In this document: positions 1 to 11,835 of the stretch, piece after piece
Numbering within the stretch: position 1 is the stretch's first letter
Layout of the letters: each line of letters starts with the position of its first letter
Source: Macrostomum lignano
Lineage: Eukaryota
Reading direction: 5' to 3'
NCBI GenBank assembly: GCA_002269645.1
Contig: NIVC01000575.1
Location: 248,001-312,000, forward strand
Length of the DNA stretch: 64,000 nucleotides
The notes under the pieces: generated by a model
Told to the model about the DNA's origin: nothing
The model's input: only the letters and a program-made list of their open reading frames with translations
Databases searched by the model: none
Translations under genes and position numbers: made by a program

Positions 1-333
1 GTCAGTCAGTCAGTCAGTCAGTCAGTCAGTCAGTCAGTCAGTCAGTCAGTCAGTCAGTCAGTCAGTCAGTCAGTCAGTCAGTCAGTCAGTCAGTCAGTCA
101 GTCAGTCAGTCAGTCAGTCAGTCAGTCAGTCAGTCAGTCAGTCAGTCAGTCAGTCAGTCAGTCAGTCAGTCAGTCAGTCAGTCAGTCAGTCAGTCAGTCA
201 GTCAGTCAGTCAGTCAGTCAGTCAGTCAGTCAGTCAGTCAGTCAGTCAGTCAGTCAGTCAGTCAGTCAGTCAGTCAGTCAGTCAGTCAGTCAGTCAGTCA
301 GTCAGTCAGTCAGTCAGTCAGTCAGTCAGTCAG
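1..333. repeat. (GTCA)n microsatellite in an ETFA intron
   Basis: Perfect tetranucleotide repeat running off the window edge, starting just after the ETFA donor at 344. Confidence 0.98.
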
Positions 334-344
334 CTGTAACTTAC

Positions 345-1131
345 CTGTCCAATAAACTTGCTGACGGAGTTGGTCACCCCGTCGGCACCGGGCGCGGCCT
401 CCTCGCCGGCCGAGCCGCCAGTTTCTGCGGCAGCTTCAAAGGCGGTGCCCCGAACGGTGATGCACTTGACCTTGTCGAGCGACTTGACGGTCTGCAGAGC
501 GTTGCCAGCGTACACAGGCCGGACAAAGGTGTCCTCAGATTTGACGTCGATAACGTCGGAGACGGCGGCGACGTCCAATTTAGCGGCGACGCGCGGCAGC
601 AGCGACTTGCCGAGCGCGGTGGCCGAGCTGACAATGTGGCTGAACTGCAGCTTGGACTGGCAGGCCACGATGAGGGGGGCGAGGGCTTCGGGCAGGAAAC
701 CTTTGAATGCATCGGAGTCGGCCAGCAGGACGCGTTTGACTCCGGCGACCTGCCGTGGGGGAGGAGGAGGCATTTTCCACAACTGTGAGAAATTTTCAGG
801 GATATGAGAAAATCTGGGAGGAGGAGGGGAAAGTACGTTTCTTAGAAAGATATGTTATTCTCCTCAGGCTGGCTCCACGCGAAAAATACTTTTGAACTTC
901 AGAAAGGTATATTATAATAATTAGTGTAGAATGATAGAATTGTAGAATTCTTACCTGAGCAGCAGCCTTAGCCACAGGTGAGCATCCGTGCCCAGCAACA
1001 AGACAGGTGACGTCGCCTCCACTGCCAGAGAGCTTGGCCGCGGCAGTAACCGCATGCAGAGTGGCTGGGTTCAGTTTGGCATTGTCATGCTCAACTATCA
1101 CCAGACTGCTGGCTAAGCGACTCCTTCCAGA
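345..1131 (-). CDS. ETFA: Electron transfer flavoprotein subunit alpha (partial; internal exons ~1131-955 and 749-345)
   Basis: Peptides SLVIVEHDNAKLNPATLHAVTAAAKL and FSHIVSSATALGKSLLPRVAAKLDVAAVSDVIDVKSEDTFVRPVYAGNAL match the ETF-alpha N-terminal domain. Donors are CAG|GTAAG at 954 and 344; the acceptor is CAG|GTC at 749. The first exon was not located, and the 3' exons lie outside the window. Confidence 0.93.
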
Positions 1132-3797
1132 CTGTTTGGGTTATCAGATGGGAATGAACATTATTTAATTAGTATAAATAGACTATGCACTTGTTTGGGT
1201 GCAGATTTCATATTTGCAGAACTCCCAGTTTATCCCCATCAATTAGGAAATATTTTGGATCAATCATTTATTTACTCTGACTTGTTTACTATAGTTGGTT
1301 AATAGGATAATTATGTAGAAGCAAGATTCCATGCATATAACAGTGTTTTTGGAGAATGGCAAGTGCGATTTGGGATTAACTCCCCTTTTTAGAGTAAAAA
1401 GGCTTTATTTTACAGGGCTTAGCAGAAATTTTCTGGGTGACTTGAAGGATCACTGGTTTTCAAAGGTACACAACTTGTACTTGTAAACTTGAAGACTTTA
1501 GACTAGCAGTGGTAGTAGTAATAGTAGTACTAGTAGTAGTAATATTAAGTGGCTTAGGCAAAAAAGCCTATTTAGACAAAGCAATATAAAAATCTATTTT
1601 GTTTACTAAATATTTGTAAATGCAAGTTCAGAGTTAGAGATGCAGATTTCCTATGATTTTATATGATGGCTTAAATTTGAGGTTATGCAAAGTTAGGATT
1701 ATTTGATCTATTATATAAATAGATCAAGTATTGCACATCATAGTTCAAAAGGTGGCTAGTTTTCTTAAAGTTTTTTTAGCAAAGAAAAGCAAAATTTTGG
1801 TAATTTTTTGGGCTTGCATTGGCTTTTGCTAGAAAGCATAATTGACTAGCAAGCTACATTAGTATCTCAGGAAAAATATTTTGTTAAAAATATAATTAGA
1901 ATTAGTATTGCAATGCAAAAAATCACATTTAAAAAAATAGGAATAAGTTATATAAATATAAAAGATTTTTTTGTTTTTTTCAGAAATGTCAACTTAAATT
2001 GAGACTTTATATCATTCAATTTATAAAAAATAACACTTGCTGTTATTTGTTGCTTAATGATTTTATCTTTCTTATTCTAAAGCAATTGTTATAATTATAT
2101 TAATATTTTTTTGATTTGTCATATATTATATAAAGTAATATTTAAAATATATATTTAAGCTAAAAATAAAATACTCCTAAATATTTTTTTATTGCTATAA
2201 TATATTCTATGCAATATATTTATAAATTTAGAATGCATTTTTGAATTTGCTAAATGTTATAATACTTTGTCAAAACTTTTCTTGTGGGCCTAGCCTTTTT
2301 CTTGTCCTAGATAGCTTATTACTATATTATTGTCTATTATATAAGGATACAAATCTTTATACTTTTTAGCTCCTAGTTAGGTGTTGTTTTTTTGTTAAGC
2401 CTATATTTTTGGTTTACAAGTGCAAAACTGCAAATGAATTAAAATGCAAATAGCAAAACAAAGCATAACAAAACATTGTCAACTTTTGTTGCTTAAGTTA
2501 AAATGCATTGTTTTATATATTTTAGGGTTGTTAGAAATTTACTATTTCTGTATTGTTTCCCATGGCATTATAATATAAATATTAAGTTATCTAGTCGTAA
2601 CTGGAATGAGAACAAATAGGCCTAGTCAAGAATTACCAAGCATAAGAATTGCTGAACTGGAAAACAAAAACTATTTAATTCTAGTCACTTGGTTATCTTT
2701 TTATATCTGTCACCTTACGTTTCGCTTACCAGAAAGAGTCCCTTCTGAAGATTTAAAAGACCAAAACTTGCGCGCAACATTTCCGCTCGAATACAAGTGG
2801 AAATAGATAAATAAATAACAGAAAATAAAACAGAAATTAAGAGTATCTTTCTGAGTTGTTTAAAAGACAATCGATTGTTAGATAAACTAATTACAAACCG
2901 ATTGAATGGACAGTGATAACGAACGACACAGTAGTGGCCAGTACCTTTTTTCTGAAAAATACTGTTTTAAATTTGAGCACTCAAAAAAGTTTTCGGCTAC
3001 CTTAATAAAACAATAAGCTATAAATTCTAAGAAAAAAGTTCAAAATAGAAAGTTAGCTATGTAAATGTAGATTTTAGTGTTATTAGTCTTTTCGGCAGCT
3101 CTTTTTCTAATGATAGTACAGAATAAGTACGAGTACAAGACACAAGTATACAGAGATGGATATGTACGTACCTGTTGTGCGAATTCGAAAACTCCTCATC
3201 TACCCACATCAAATCTGGATCGTACATAAATCATAAACCTTCTTATTCCTACCACGCAGGTTTTACAGACGTACAGTGTATGTGATTCGATTCGATTAAA
3301 ATACTAAGAAAGAGCTATTGAAATTTCAGTAGCTAGCTTGGGCGAAAGTGAAAGTGGAAGCACTGTATCCACCCATACTGATAGTGATAGCCGTTAGTAT
3401 TTCTTTTTATTTACCAAAAGTACAGATAACCATATGCATGCAGAAATACATTTGTAAAGTTACGAGTATAAGAAGCTTTATAAATACAAAAAACATGTTC
3501 TGCATTGGCAAAATTAAATTAGGTAAAATAAATATGTGAGGCAGTAAATGATAGCATTTTCAGATTAAATACTATTTACTGCAAAATTTGAATGCAAAAC
3601 TACCGTAATGCATGAAAAATCACACTAAGAAGCTGAGCTGAAAGCCGATGAAAAAAACTAAAAAGCTCATATTACAACAAAAACATTTGCAAAACTTTTC
3701 AGCATTAAGCATCCAATATTTATAGTCTTACATGTCGTACTTGTACTTCTTAATTCGTACTTCAGATGATAGATTATACTCACTGGCTATGAGTTCC

Positions 3798-5900
3798 TCA
3801 TTTCCTCAAATGGGCCAACATGTGCTGCGAGTAAGACTCGAATATGCAATCATCGAACATCTTGTTTTCGTCCAAGTTCACCTGAACTTTGTTAAGACCC
3901 TCGAAGTACACAGGGAATACGGAACTGTAGCGGGCGTCTATCTCCATGTGCTTGTACTCGTAAACGTGCTTCCTCTCCTCGTCCTGTTTCTTGGTGGTCT
4001 CTGAGGCTGGCTGCTCGGCGTTCTCGTCACCGGCGCTGATTTCCGTCATGTCGTCGTAGTTGCGCACAAACATGGTGATTCCACCGGCGGCACCAATGGA
4101 GCTGGCGCCCGACATCGCCTCGCCCGTGGCTGGGCCTTCAACCTTCATGCTGACTCGACGCCGCTTGCACAGCAGGAAGGTGGCCATCTCGTCGATGGTC
4201 TTAGGCACCGTCACGCAGTCAATCTGGGCGCTGATTTTCCAGAAGCTCATGGTAAACATGCGGGCTAGTTGAGTAACCTCAAAGTTGCTCACCAGCGTGA
4301 TTGGTGCCTTTTTTAACAGACGCAGCACAGTTTTGGACATGAGGTTTGGCACACAATTAATAACACTAGTCAGACCAAAGTACGTATCGTAATACGAATA
4401 GCGAAAGAAGGGCTCGATGAGTTCAGAATCTACCAACACGTGAACAATAAGATCACAGACGTTCTCAACAATGACATCTGACACGTTCTTGATGAGACAG
4501 TTTTGCAGCAAGCCGGCAAGCAGACTAAGGCAGTTGAAAGTGTCGAATCGATAGAACCAGGTCCGCTCCTCCTCAGTGATGCCATCCGTGTCAGCGGATG
4601 CCGAGTGGCTGGACCACTGCTTGTGGCGCAGGTACATTCCATCCGACTTCAAATTAAGAAAGTAGTTGATCTGAAAGATCAGCGGGTCAATGTACACCCG
4701 GTGCACACCGGTCGAGTCCGTTTCGCACGAATTTTTTACCGTCTGCGAGACGACAAAAAAATCGTGATACTTGAAGCATAGAATAGCCCGGATGATCTGC
4801 GGCAGAGCAAACAAGTGCTTGCCATCAAAGTAGTACTGAAAGGATAGCAACCGACGCACGTAAGACATGATGTTGGGCACAACGGGCCTCAGTGGGTTCT
4901 TTGGTTTACCTTCTTTGTCGGAAAACACAGTGGCATACTCGTCCGGCACTGGCACTTCCTTGTTCTTAAGCACCTTGCGGCCCGCATAGTTACCAAGTTT
5001 GGTCGGATTGTTGAAGTTGTAACGCGTCAGCTCCTTTAGCTCGAAGGCCTCCATCATTACTTTGCCGATCTCTTTCATAAACATCATGTTAAAGTTGTAC
5101 GCCGGATTCACGACGTACTGCAGGCGATACATCTTGTCCACTAGTCTAGCAACGTTCAACGAAGGTTTCCGTTCCAGTAGGTAGCGCAGAACGTCCACCC
5201 AATCCGTGAACGGCACACTGAACTGGTAGTACTTGCGTCTGTATGTGAACAACGTGGTGCTGGACGGATTCCAGCCGGTCATGGCCAGAAAGTGCAAACC
5301 GTCGAAATACTCCCGCTTCATGCACAGGAAGTCGTAATTGAAGCGCACCAAGTCGTAGTCGCAGTCGTGCACGAAGGACGCATACTGAGGTACAATGGCG
5401 CTGACCAGATAGTTCTTGCCCGACTTGGCCGCCGCCAGCTTGTGACAGCCGACTTCAACTTTCAAATAGAGCGCAACGCCGAATGCGTTTAAATAAAGCA
5501 TCGAGTTGGATTTAAACAACGGCTTCTCCATGCTAGCGGAGTTGCCCCAATAATAGGTGGGCCGATCAATCAGTTGATAGTATTTGGTGTTGTCAAACAG
5601 AGGCCGGGTCCGCAGCGATACTAGGCATTTCTGCAGCCGCCACTCAGACGTGTCCTTGAGCAGGTTAATCAGCCAGGCCGTATTTGGATGGTCGACGCCA
5701 AAGAAGCCCTCCGGGCAGCTGATCAAATCACGCAACGATTGGCTGACGTCAGCGGACAGAAATTGGTCTGGTCGAGGCATGTCATAGTATATAGGCGGCC
5801 TAATTGTTTCCATTCGCTCCACGGTCTCATCCACGACCACCTTCTTGTGAACGGCTAGCTGCTTCTGCAGCTCGCGACCGTGCTCGCTATCCATGGTCAT
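3798..5900 (-). CDS. Intronless ~700-aa protein of unknown function
   Basis: 2.2-kb stop-free, non-repetitive ORF (track 3798..5999), more GC-rich than its AT-rich flanks. The first ATG is at 5900 (MTMDSEHG). No domain recognised. Confidence 0.75.
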   Translation of the reverse strand: MTMDSEHGRELQKQLAVHKKVVVDETVERMETIRPPIYYDMPRPDQFLSADVSQSLRDLISCPEGFFGVDHPNTAWLINLLKDTSEWRLQKCLVSLRTRPLFDNTKYYQLIDRPTYYWGNSASMEKPLFKSNSMLYLNAFGVALYLKVEVGCHKLAAAKSGKNYLVSAIVPQYASFVHDCDYDLVRFNYDFLCMKREYFDGLHFLAMTGWNPSSTTLFTYRRKYYQFSVPFTDWVDVLRYLLERKPSLNVARLVDKMYRLQYVVNPAYNFNMMFMKEIGKVMMEAFELKELTRYNFNNPTKLGNYAGRKVLKNKEVPVPDEYATVFSDKEGKPKNPLRPVVPNIMSYVRRLLSFQYYFDGKHLFALPQIIRAILCFKYHDFFVVSQTVKNSCETDSTGVHRVYIDPLIFQINYFLNLKSDGMYLRHKQWSSHSASADTDGITEEERTWFYRFDTFNCLSLLAGLLQNCLIKNVSDVIVENVCDLIVHVLVDSELIEPFFRYSYYDTYFGLTSVINCVPNLMSKTVLRLLKKAPITLVSNFEVTQLARMFTMSFWKISAQIDCVTVPKTIDEMATFLLCKRRRVSMKVEGPATGEAMSGASSIGAAGGITMFVRNYDDMTEISAGDENAEQPASETTKKQDEERKHVYEYKHMEIDARYSSVFPVYFEGLNKVQVNLDENKMFDDCIFESYSQHMLAHLRK

Positions 5901-7452
5901 GCTCGAGCTTGGACTTGTGCAACAAGTTGTGATGCAAAATCGATCAAAAAAGCTGCTGCAAGGCTTACTAAAGAGATGGCAATTGAAGTTGTTTGACAAT
6001 GAAACTCAGGCGTCTTATTTCCACAAGCTGTTACTAAGAGAATAAAGGAAAGGCTTGAGCGGTGTGCAGGCAAATCGTTCTGGCATCTGCGAGCTCTCTG
6101 CCCTCTGCCATAGACAATTCATAATCAGGCCTTTTTCTCTGCATTTTTAAAGTGCATAGCTTCCACACGGTTCGATAGAAAATTAACGAAATGAACGAAT
6201 CGAAAACGCCTTTCTTTCAAGAGTTGAAATTACTGTGAATTATCAGATGAAAAGAAATTAAGTCTTGTAGAGCTTAAAGCTGAGTTTACAAATATAATTA
6301 TATGTTAATTATAAATGAAAAAGTTGATAAACAAGCCAGCCAACTAACTGTATATGACTATAAATCCAGATAAATGTTATAAAGACAAATGAAGCATCAT
6401 AGCTGGATTAGAAAAAATCGTGCTCTCTTCAAGCAAATTAATCTGATTAGAAACAGAGTAATAGAAAATTTCAGCTAGCAGCAGTAAAAATGATACTTTT
6501 AAGTTTTGCGGTCTACTTTAATAGGTGCATTTAAGTACACAGTGCACTCACTTTACATATAAGAAAGTACTTATCGAACATCGGCATACTCTCAACGCCT
6601 AGTTACTAACTGCCAACATTATTATAATCTTCTAACTAATACCTTTCAGCGCAACGTACAATGGCTACTAAAAACAATTCAAACTCTTTTGAAATTACTT
6701 AATTATAAGTTAGCGCACACAACAACCATTTTGACATATTTACCGCGAACAGTGCAGAAATAGCTAACTATCAATGTAATATCAAAAATACTAATCAATA
6801 ATAATAACTTTGTACAGAATGTCCGCATACAATAGAATTTTTTCACTTGATATATGTGTAATGTACTGCTAAAATACATGTGCTAATGTGTAGACTGCAT
6901 ACTTATAGTATTAAACAAAGAAAAAAAGTACTCAGCATATTGACGAATGGGAAAAGGTTAGGTTACAAAAAACTAGGTAAGGGTCTATGAAGTCTCTAAT
7001 ACAACCACTAAAACTGGTTTAATTGGATTGGTTTTAACCACGAGACACTCCTATGACAACGGCACCCCGGCCAAGAAGGTAACACAGGTAAAAAAGGAAA
7101 GAAGAGACTCTAGACGACTTTAAAACGACGAGATGCCACGGTACAAGTCGCCGAAAATTCGTCAAAGAGTCGCCTAAGAGTCAATTCGAGGCCTTTTGTT
7201 GTCTGCGACTCTGAAACGATTCTGAGGCTCTGATGGATTCTTTTCTCAGTATCGTTTTCAACGGGACACCAGGATCTGAAGCCCAATCTCGGGTTTAAAT
7301 TGCGTCTTGCTGCGTTACTGCATTAGCCACCTTACGAGCCACCTTATAGAAACTACCCTATAGTCAAACGAAAAAGGGGGGCGGAGAGTAAATTTGAATG
7401 TTGTTTTGATTATGATAATACCTCGATATCTAATTAGTGCTTCGTCACTAAA

Positions 7453-8004
7453 TCACAGATCGAGCCCCTCGGCCTCTACAGCCGTCAGCCAGCCGAGCAC
7501 GAATTCCATCGGGGTGACATCTTCGGGAGAGCGAAGGCCGCGCAGCTTATGCGACACCTTGCTGGACACGCTGCGCAGTCGGAGCGAGGCGTGCACCAGA
7601 CAGGCGAACAGAGGCAGCAGGGCGGCCAGCAAGAAGATGGCAGCGGGGCGCAGGCAGTAGAGCAGCACCAGAGCGCAGGCCAGGCTAAGCGCGACGGTCA
7701 GCGCCGGCCGACGCGAGACGGCGTCGCGAAATTGTAGGCGCCGTTCAGCGCCGCCAGTTGCTAGCCAGACTCCGGCCGCCAGACAGGCCCCGACAATGCC
7801 GCATCCGCATAGTACGCTAGCCGGATCAACCAGTAGGAAGATGATGAAGCTGAGGCAGAACACGGCCATGTAGTTAGTCTGATAGTACAGCAGGTTTTGC
7901 TGCACCCGGTTGCTCCAGCGCTCCTGATGCTGCAGGTCCGGCAGCTGGAAACGCGACGAGCGGCCGAGAAATTCATCTAGGGATCGAAGCTTGGCTAGGC
8001 GCAT
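7453..8004 (-). CDS. ARL6IP5: PRA1 family (prenylated Rab acceptor; ARL6IP5/PRAF2-like) membrane protein, single coding exon
   Basis: LRSLDEFL...RWSNRVQQNLLYYQTNY signature, two long hydrophobic segments and LVHASLRLRS. ATG at 8004. The paralogue assignment is uncertain. Confidence 0.88.
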   Translation of the reverse strand: MRLAKLRSLDEFLGRSSRFQLPDLQHQERWSNRVQQNLLYYQTNYMAVFCLSFIIFLLVDPASVLCGCGIVGACLAAGVWLATGGAERRLQFRDAVSRRPALTVALSLACALVLLYCLRPAAIFLLAALLPLFACLVHASLRLRSVSSKVSHKLRGLRSPEDVTPMEFVLGWLTAVEAEGLDL

Positions 8005-8296
8005 ATTAGAGGGAGTGAGCAAGGAATTGCCTGTAAATCTTGCTGGCTGTTGCTGTTATTTCAGTCTAGGCTGACAATCGCCGTTCGTGGCGACCTGAAA
8101 GCATGAATTATAAAGAATTCAAAGTTATATAATGCTAGCGATTCAAAAATTAATTAGCAAGCAATCAAAATTAGTCGTTTTGTACAGGTGAACTTAGCAA
8201 TTAACTGCATGAAAAACTTTACTTTTCTTGTTGTAAAGTTTAGGTTAGGGTCAGATTTTTACTGATATATCAATAAAACCGGCCGGAATATCAAGC

Positions 8297-10265
8297 TGAA
8301 ACAGGACCTAAATCCTGTCTGAAACAGTACCTAAATCCTGTCTAAAACAGGACCTAAATCCTGTCTGAAACAGTACCTAAATCCTGTCTAAAACAGTACC
8401 TAAATCCTGTCTGAAACAGTACCTAAATCCTGTCTGAAACAGTATCTGAAATCGTGTCTGAAACAGTACCTAAATCCTGTCTGAAACAGTACCTAAATCC
8501 TGTCTGAAACAGGACCTAAATCCTGTCTAAAACAGGACCTAAATCCTGTCTGAAACAGTACCTAAATCCTGTCTAAAACAGTACCTAAATCCTGTCTGAA
8601 ACAGTACCTAAATCCTGTCTGAAACAGTACCTAAATCCTGTCTGAAACAGTACCTAAATCGTGTCTGAAACAGTACCTAAATCCTGTCTGAAACAGTACC
8701 TAAATCCTGTCTGAAACAGTACCTAAATCCTGTCTAAAACAGTACCTAAATCCTGTCTAAAACAGGACCTAAATCCTGTCTGAAACAGTACCTAAATCCT
8801 GTCTAAAACAGGACCTAAATCCTGTCTGAAACAGTACCTAAATCGTGTCTGAAGCAGGACCTAAATCCTGTCTGAAACAGTACCTAAATCCTGTCTGAAA
8901 CAGTACCTAAATCCTGTCTGAAACAGTACCTAAATCCTGTCTGAAACAGTACCTAAATCCTGTCTGAAACAGTACCTAAATCCTGTCTAAAACAGTACCT
9001 AAATCCTGTCTGAAACAGTACCTAAATCCTGTCTGAAACAGTACCTAAATCCTGTCTGAAACAGTACCTAAATCCTGTCTGAAACAGTACCTAAATCCTG
9101 TCTGAAACAGTACCTAAATCCTGTCTGAAACAGGACCTAAATCCTGTCTAAAACAGTACCTAAATCCTGTCTGAAACAGTACCTAAATCCTGTCTAAAAC
9201 AGTACCTAAATCCTGTCTGAAACAGTACCTAAATCGTGTCTGAAACAGTACCTAAATCCTGTCTGAAACAGTACCTAAATCCTGTCTGAAACAGGACCTA
9301 AATCCTGTCTGAAACAGTACCTAAATCCTGTCTGAAACAGTACCTAAATCCTGTCTGAAACAGTACCTAAATCCTGTCTAAAACAGTACCTAAATCCTGT
9401 CTGAAACAGTACCTAAATCGTGTCTGAAACAGTACCTAAATCCTGTCTGAAACAGTACCTAAATCGTGTCTGAAACAGTACCTAAATCCTGTCTAAAACA
9501 GGACCTAAATCCTGTCTGAAACAGTACCTAAATCCTGTCTGAAACAGGACCTAAATCCTGTCTGAAACAGGACCTAAATCCTGTCTGAAACAGTACCTAA
9601 ATCCTGTCTGAAACAGGACCTAAATCCTGTCTGAAACAGTACCTAAATCCTGTCTAAAACAGGACCTAAATCCTGTCTGAAACAGTACCTAAATCCTGTC
9701 TGAAACAGTACCTAAATCCTGTCTGAAACAGACCTAAATCCTGTCTAAAACAGGACCTAAATCCTGTCTGAAACAGTACCTAAATCCTGTCTGAAACAGT
9801 ACCTAAATCCTGTCTGAAACAGTACCTAAATCCTGTCTAAAACAGGACCTAAATCCTGTCTGAAACAGTACCTAAATCCTGTCTGAAACAGGACCTAAAT
9901 CCTGTCTGAAACAGTACCTAAATCCTGTCTGAAACAGTACCTAAATCCTGTCTAAAACAGGACCTAAATCCTGTCTGAAACAGTACCTAAATCGTGTCTG
10001 AAGCAGGACCTAAATCCTGTCTGAAACAGTACCTAAATCCTGTCTAAAACAGGACCTAAATCCTGTCTGAAACAGTACCTAAATCGTGTCTGAAGCAGGA
10101 CCTAAATCCTGTCTGAAACAGGACAGTACCTAGATCCTGTCTGAAACAGTACCTAAATCCTGTCTGAAACAGGACCTAAATCCTGTCTGAAACAGTACCT
10201 AAATCCTGTCTGAAACAGTACCTAAATCCTGTCTAAAACAGTACCTAAATCCTGTCTGAAACAGG
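8297..10265. repeat. 23-bp minisatellite (GAAACAGTACCTAAATCCTGTCT), ~85 copies
   Basis: Head-to-tail tandem units with a few recurring single-base variants and no unique spacers. Confidence 0.97.
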
Positions 10266-10662
10266 AACTGAATTTTGCCTTAAACTGACGCCATATTGAG
10301 TTAAACTAGAGACGTCACGAGTACATTACAAACTTGAAGCACTTTGCAGCAGTATTTTTATATTTTCATTCAAACTCAAAAAATTAGAAAAAAACAAATA
10401 GCGCACACAGAAAAAACAAATGGCTTTTAATAAATAAAAATACCGGAACTGCGCTTTTGAGTACAAGCACAAATGCATGCATTGAAAGGGTTATTATACT
10501 AGACTTTATTAGTTTAATGAGGACTAATATGAATAAGAGCCCAGTTAAGTCAGTTATTACACGAGTAACCATAGTAGCAAACAAACATGCATTACTAAAC
10601 TAACTTTATACTATCGCTAAGCTTAAAAGTAGCTTCGATCAGTTCAACCAAAGCTCCAACGA

Positions 10663-11360
10663 TCAGCGCCGCTTCGCAGCCACTAAGAAGCCAGCAACAG
10701 TCGCAGCGGCGCACACAGCGGCTCCGACACCGATAGCCGCAAAATTCCACTTGACAGATTTATTACTGCCCGCCTCGCCGATCGCTGGCAGACGGTCTGG
10801 CCGTTCAACAGGCTGCAGGCGCTGCAGCGCTGCTAAGCCGGTCTCCAGGCGGCCAAGCAGTCGGCGGCACTCGCCAGCGGCCAGCCGGCAGGAGTTTCGG
10901 GCCCGGGCCAGCACGCGCTGATTGCGAAGGCCGTCGGCTGGGCCGCCGGAGCTCGCAGCCTCAACAGCCGCGGTGGCGGCGGCTGCTGCCGATGGTTGTC
11001 CAGCCGAAGCTACAGAGGCTTTGGCCGCGGCGGCATCAGCGGCAGCGTCAGCAGCCGCGGCTTCAGCGTGGTCGGTCAGGTATTTTAGCGTGGCATTCAT
11101 GAACTCCAGGTGCCTAAATGGGGTGGCGGGCAGCGATTGGGTTGGTTGGTGGGCTGTGACAGACAGACAGACAGACAGATGGGCAGACAGACAGAAAGAC
11201 AGACAGACAGACGGGCAGACAGGCGGGCAAACAGACAGGCAGACAGACAGACGGGCAGACAGACATACACTCTGACAGACAGACAGACAGGCAGACAGAC
11301 AGACGGGCAGACAGACATACACTCTGACAGACAGACAGACAGACAGGCAGACAGACGGGC

Positions 11361-11396
<36 letters not shown>

Positions 11397-11578
11397 GGGC
11401 AGACAGACATACACTCTGACAGACATACAAACAGACAGACGGGCAGACAGACAGGCAGACAGACAGACAGAAGGGCAGACAGACAGATAGACAGACAGAC
11501 AGACAGACACAGACAGACAGACAGAACGACGGGCAGACAGACATACAGACAGACAGACAGACAGACAGACAGACGGGC

Positions 11579-11627
<49 letters not shown>

Positions 11628-11668
11628 CAGACAGACAGACAGACACTAAGACAGACAGACAGACAGAC

Positions 11669-11721
<53 letters not shown>

Positions 11722-11796
11722 CAGACAGACGGGCAAACAGACAGACAGACAAGCAGACAGACAGGCAGGCAGACAGACAGACACAGACAGACAGAC

Positions 11797-11835
<39 letters not shown>

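Noticed and set aside
8297-10265. Regular 23-bp repeats (and the 29-, 31- and 32-bp arrays) as CRISPR arrays
   Set aside because: Units are head-to-tail with no unique spacers, there are no cas genes, and the context is eukaryotic.
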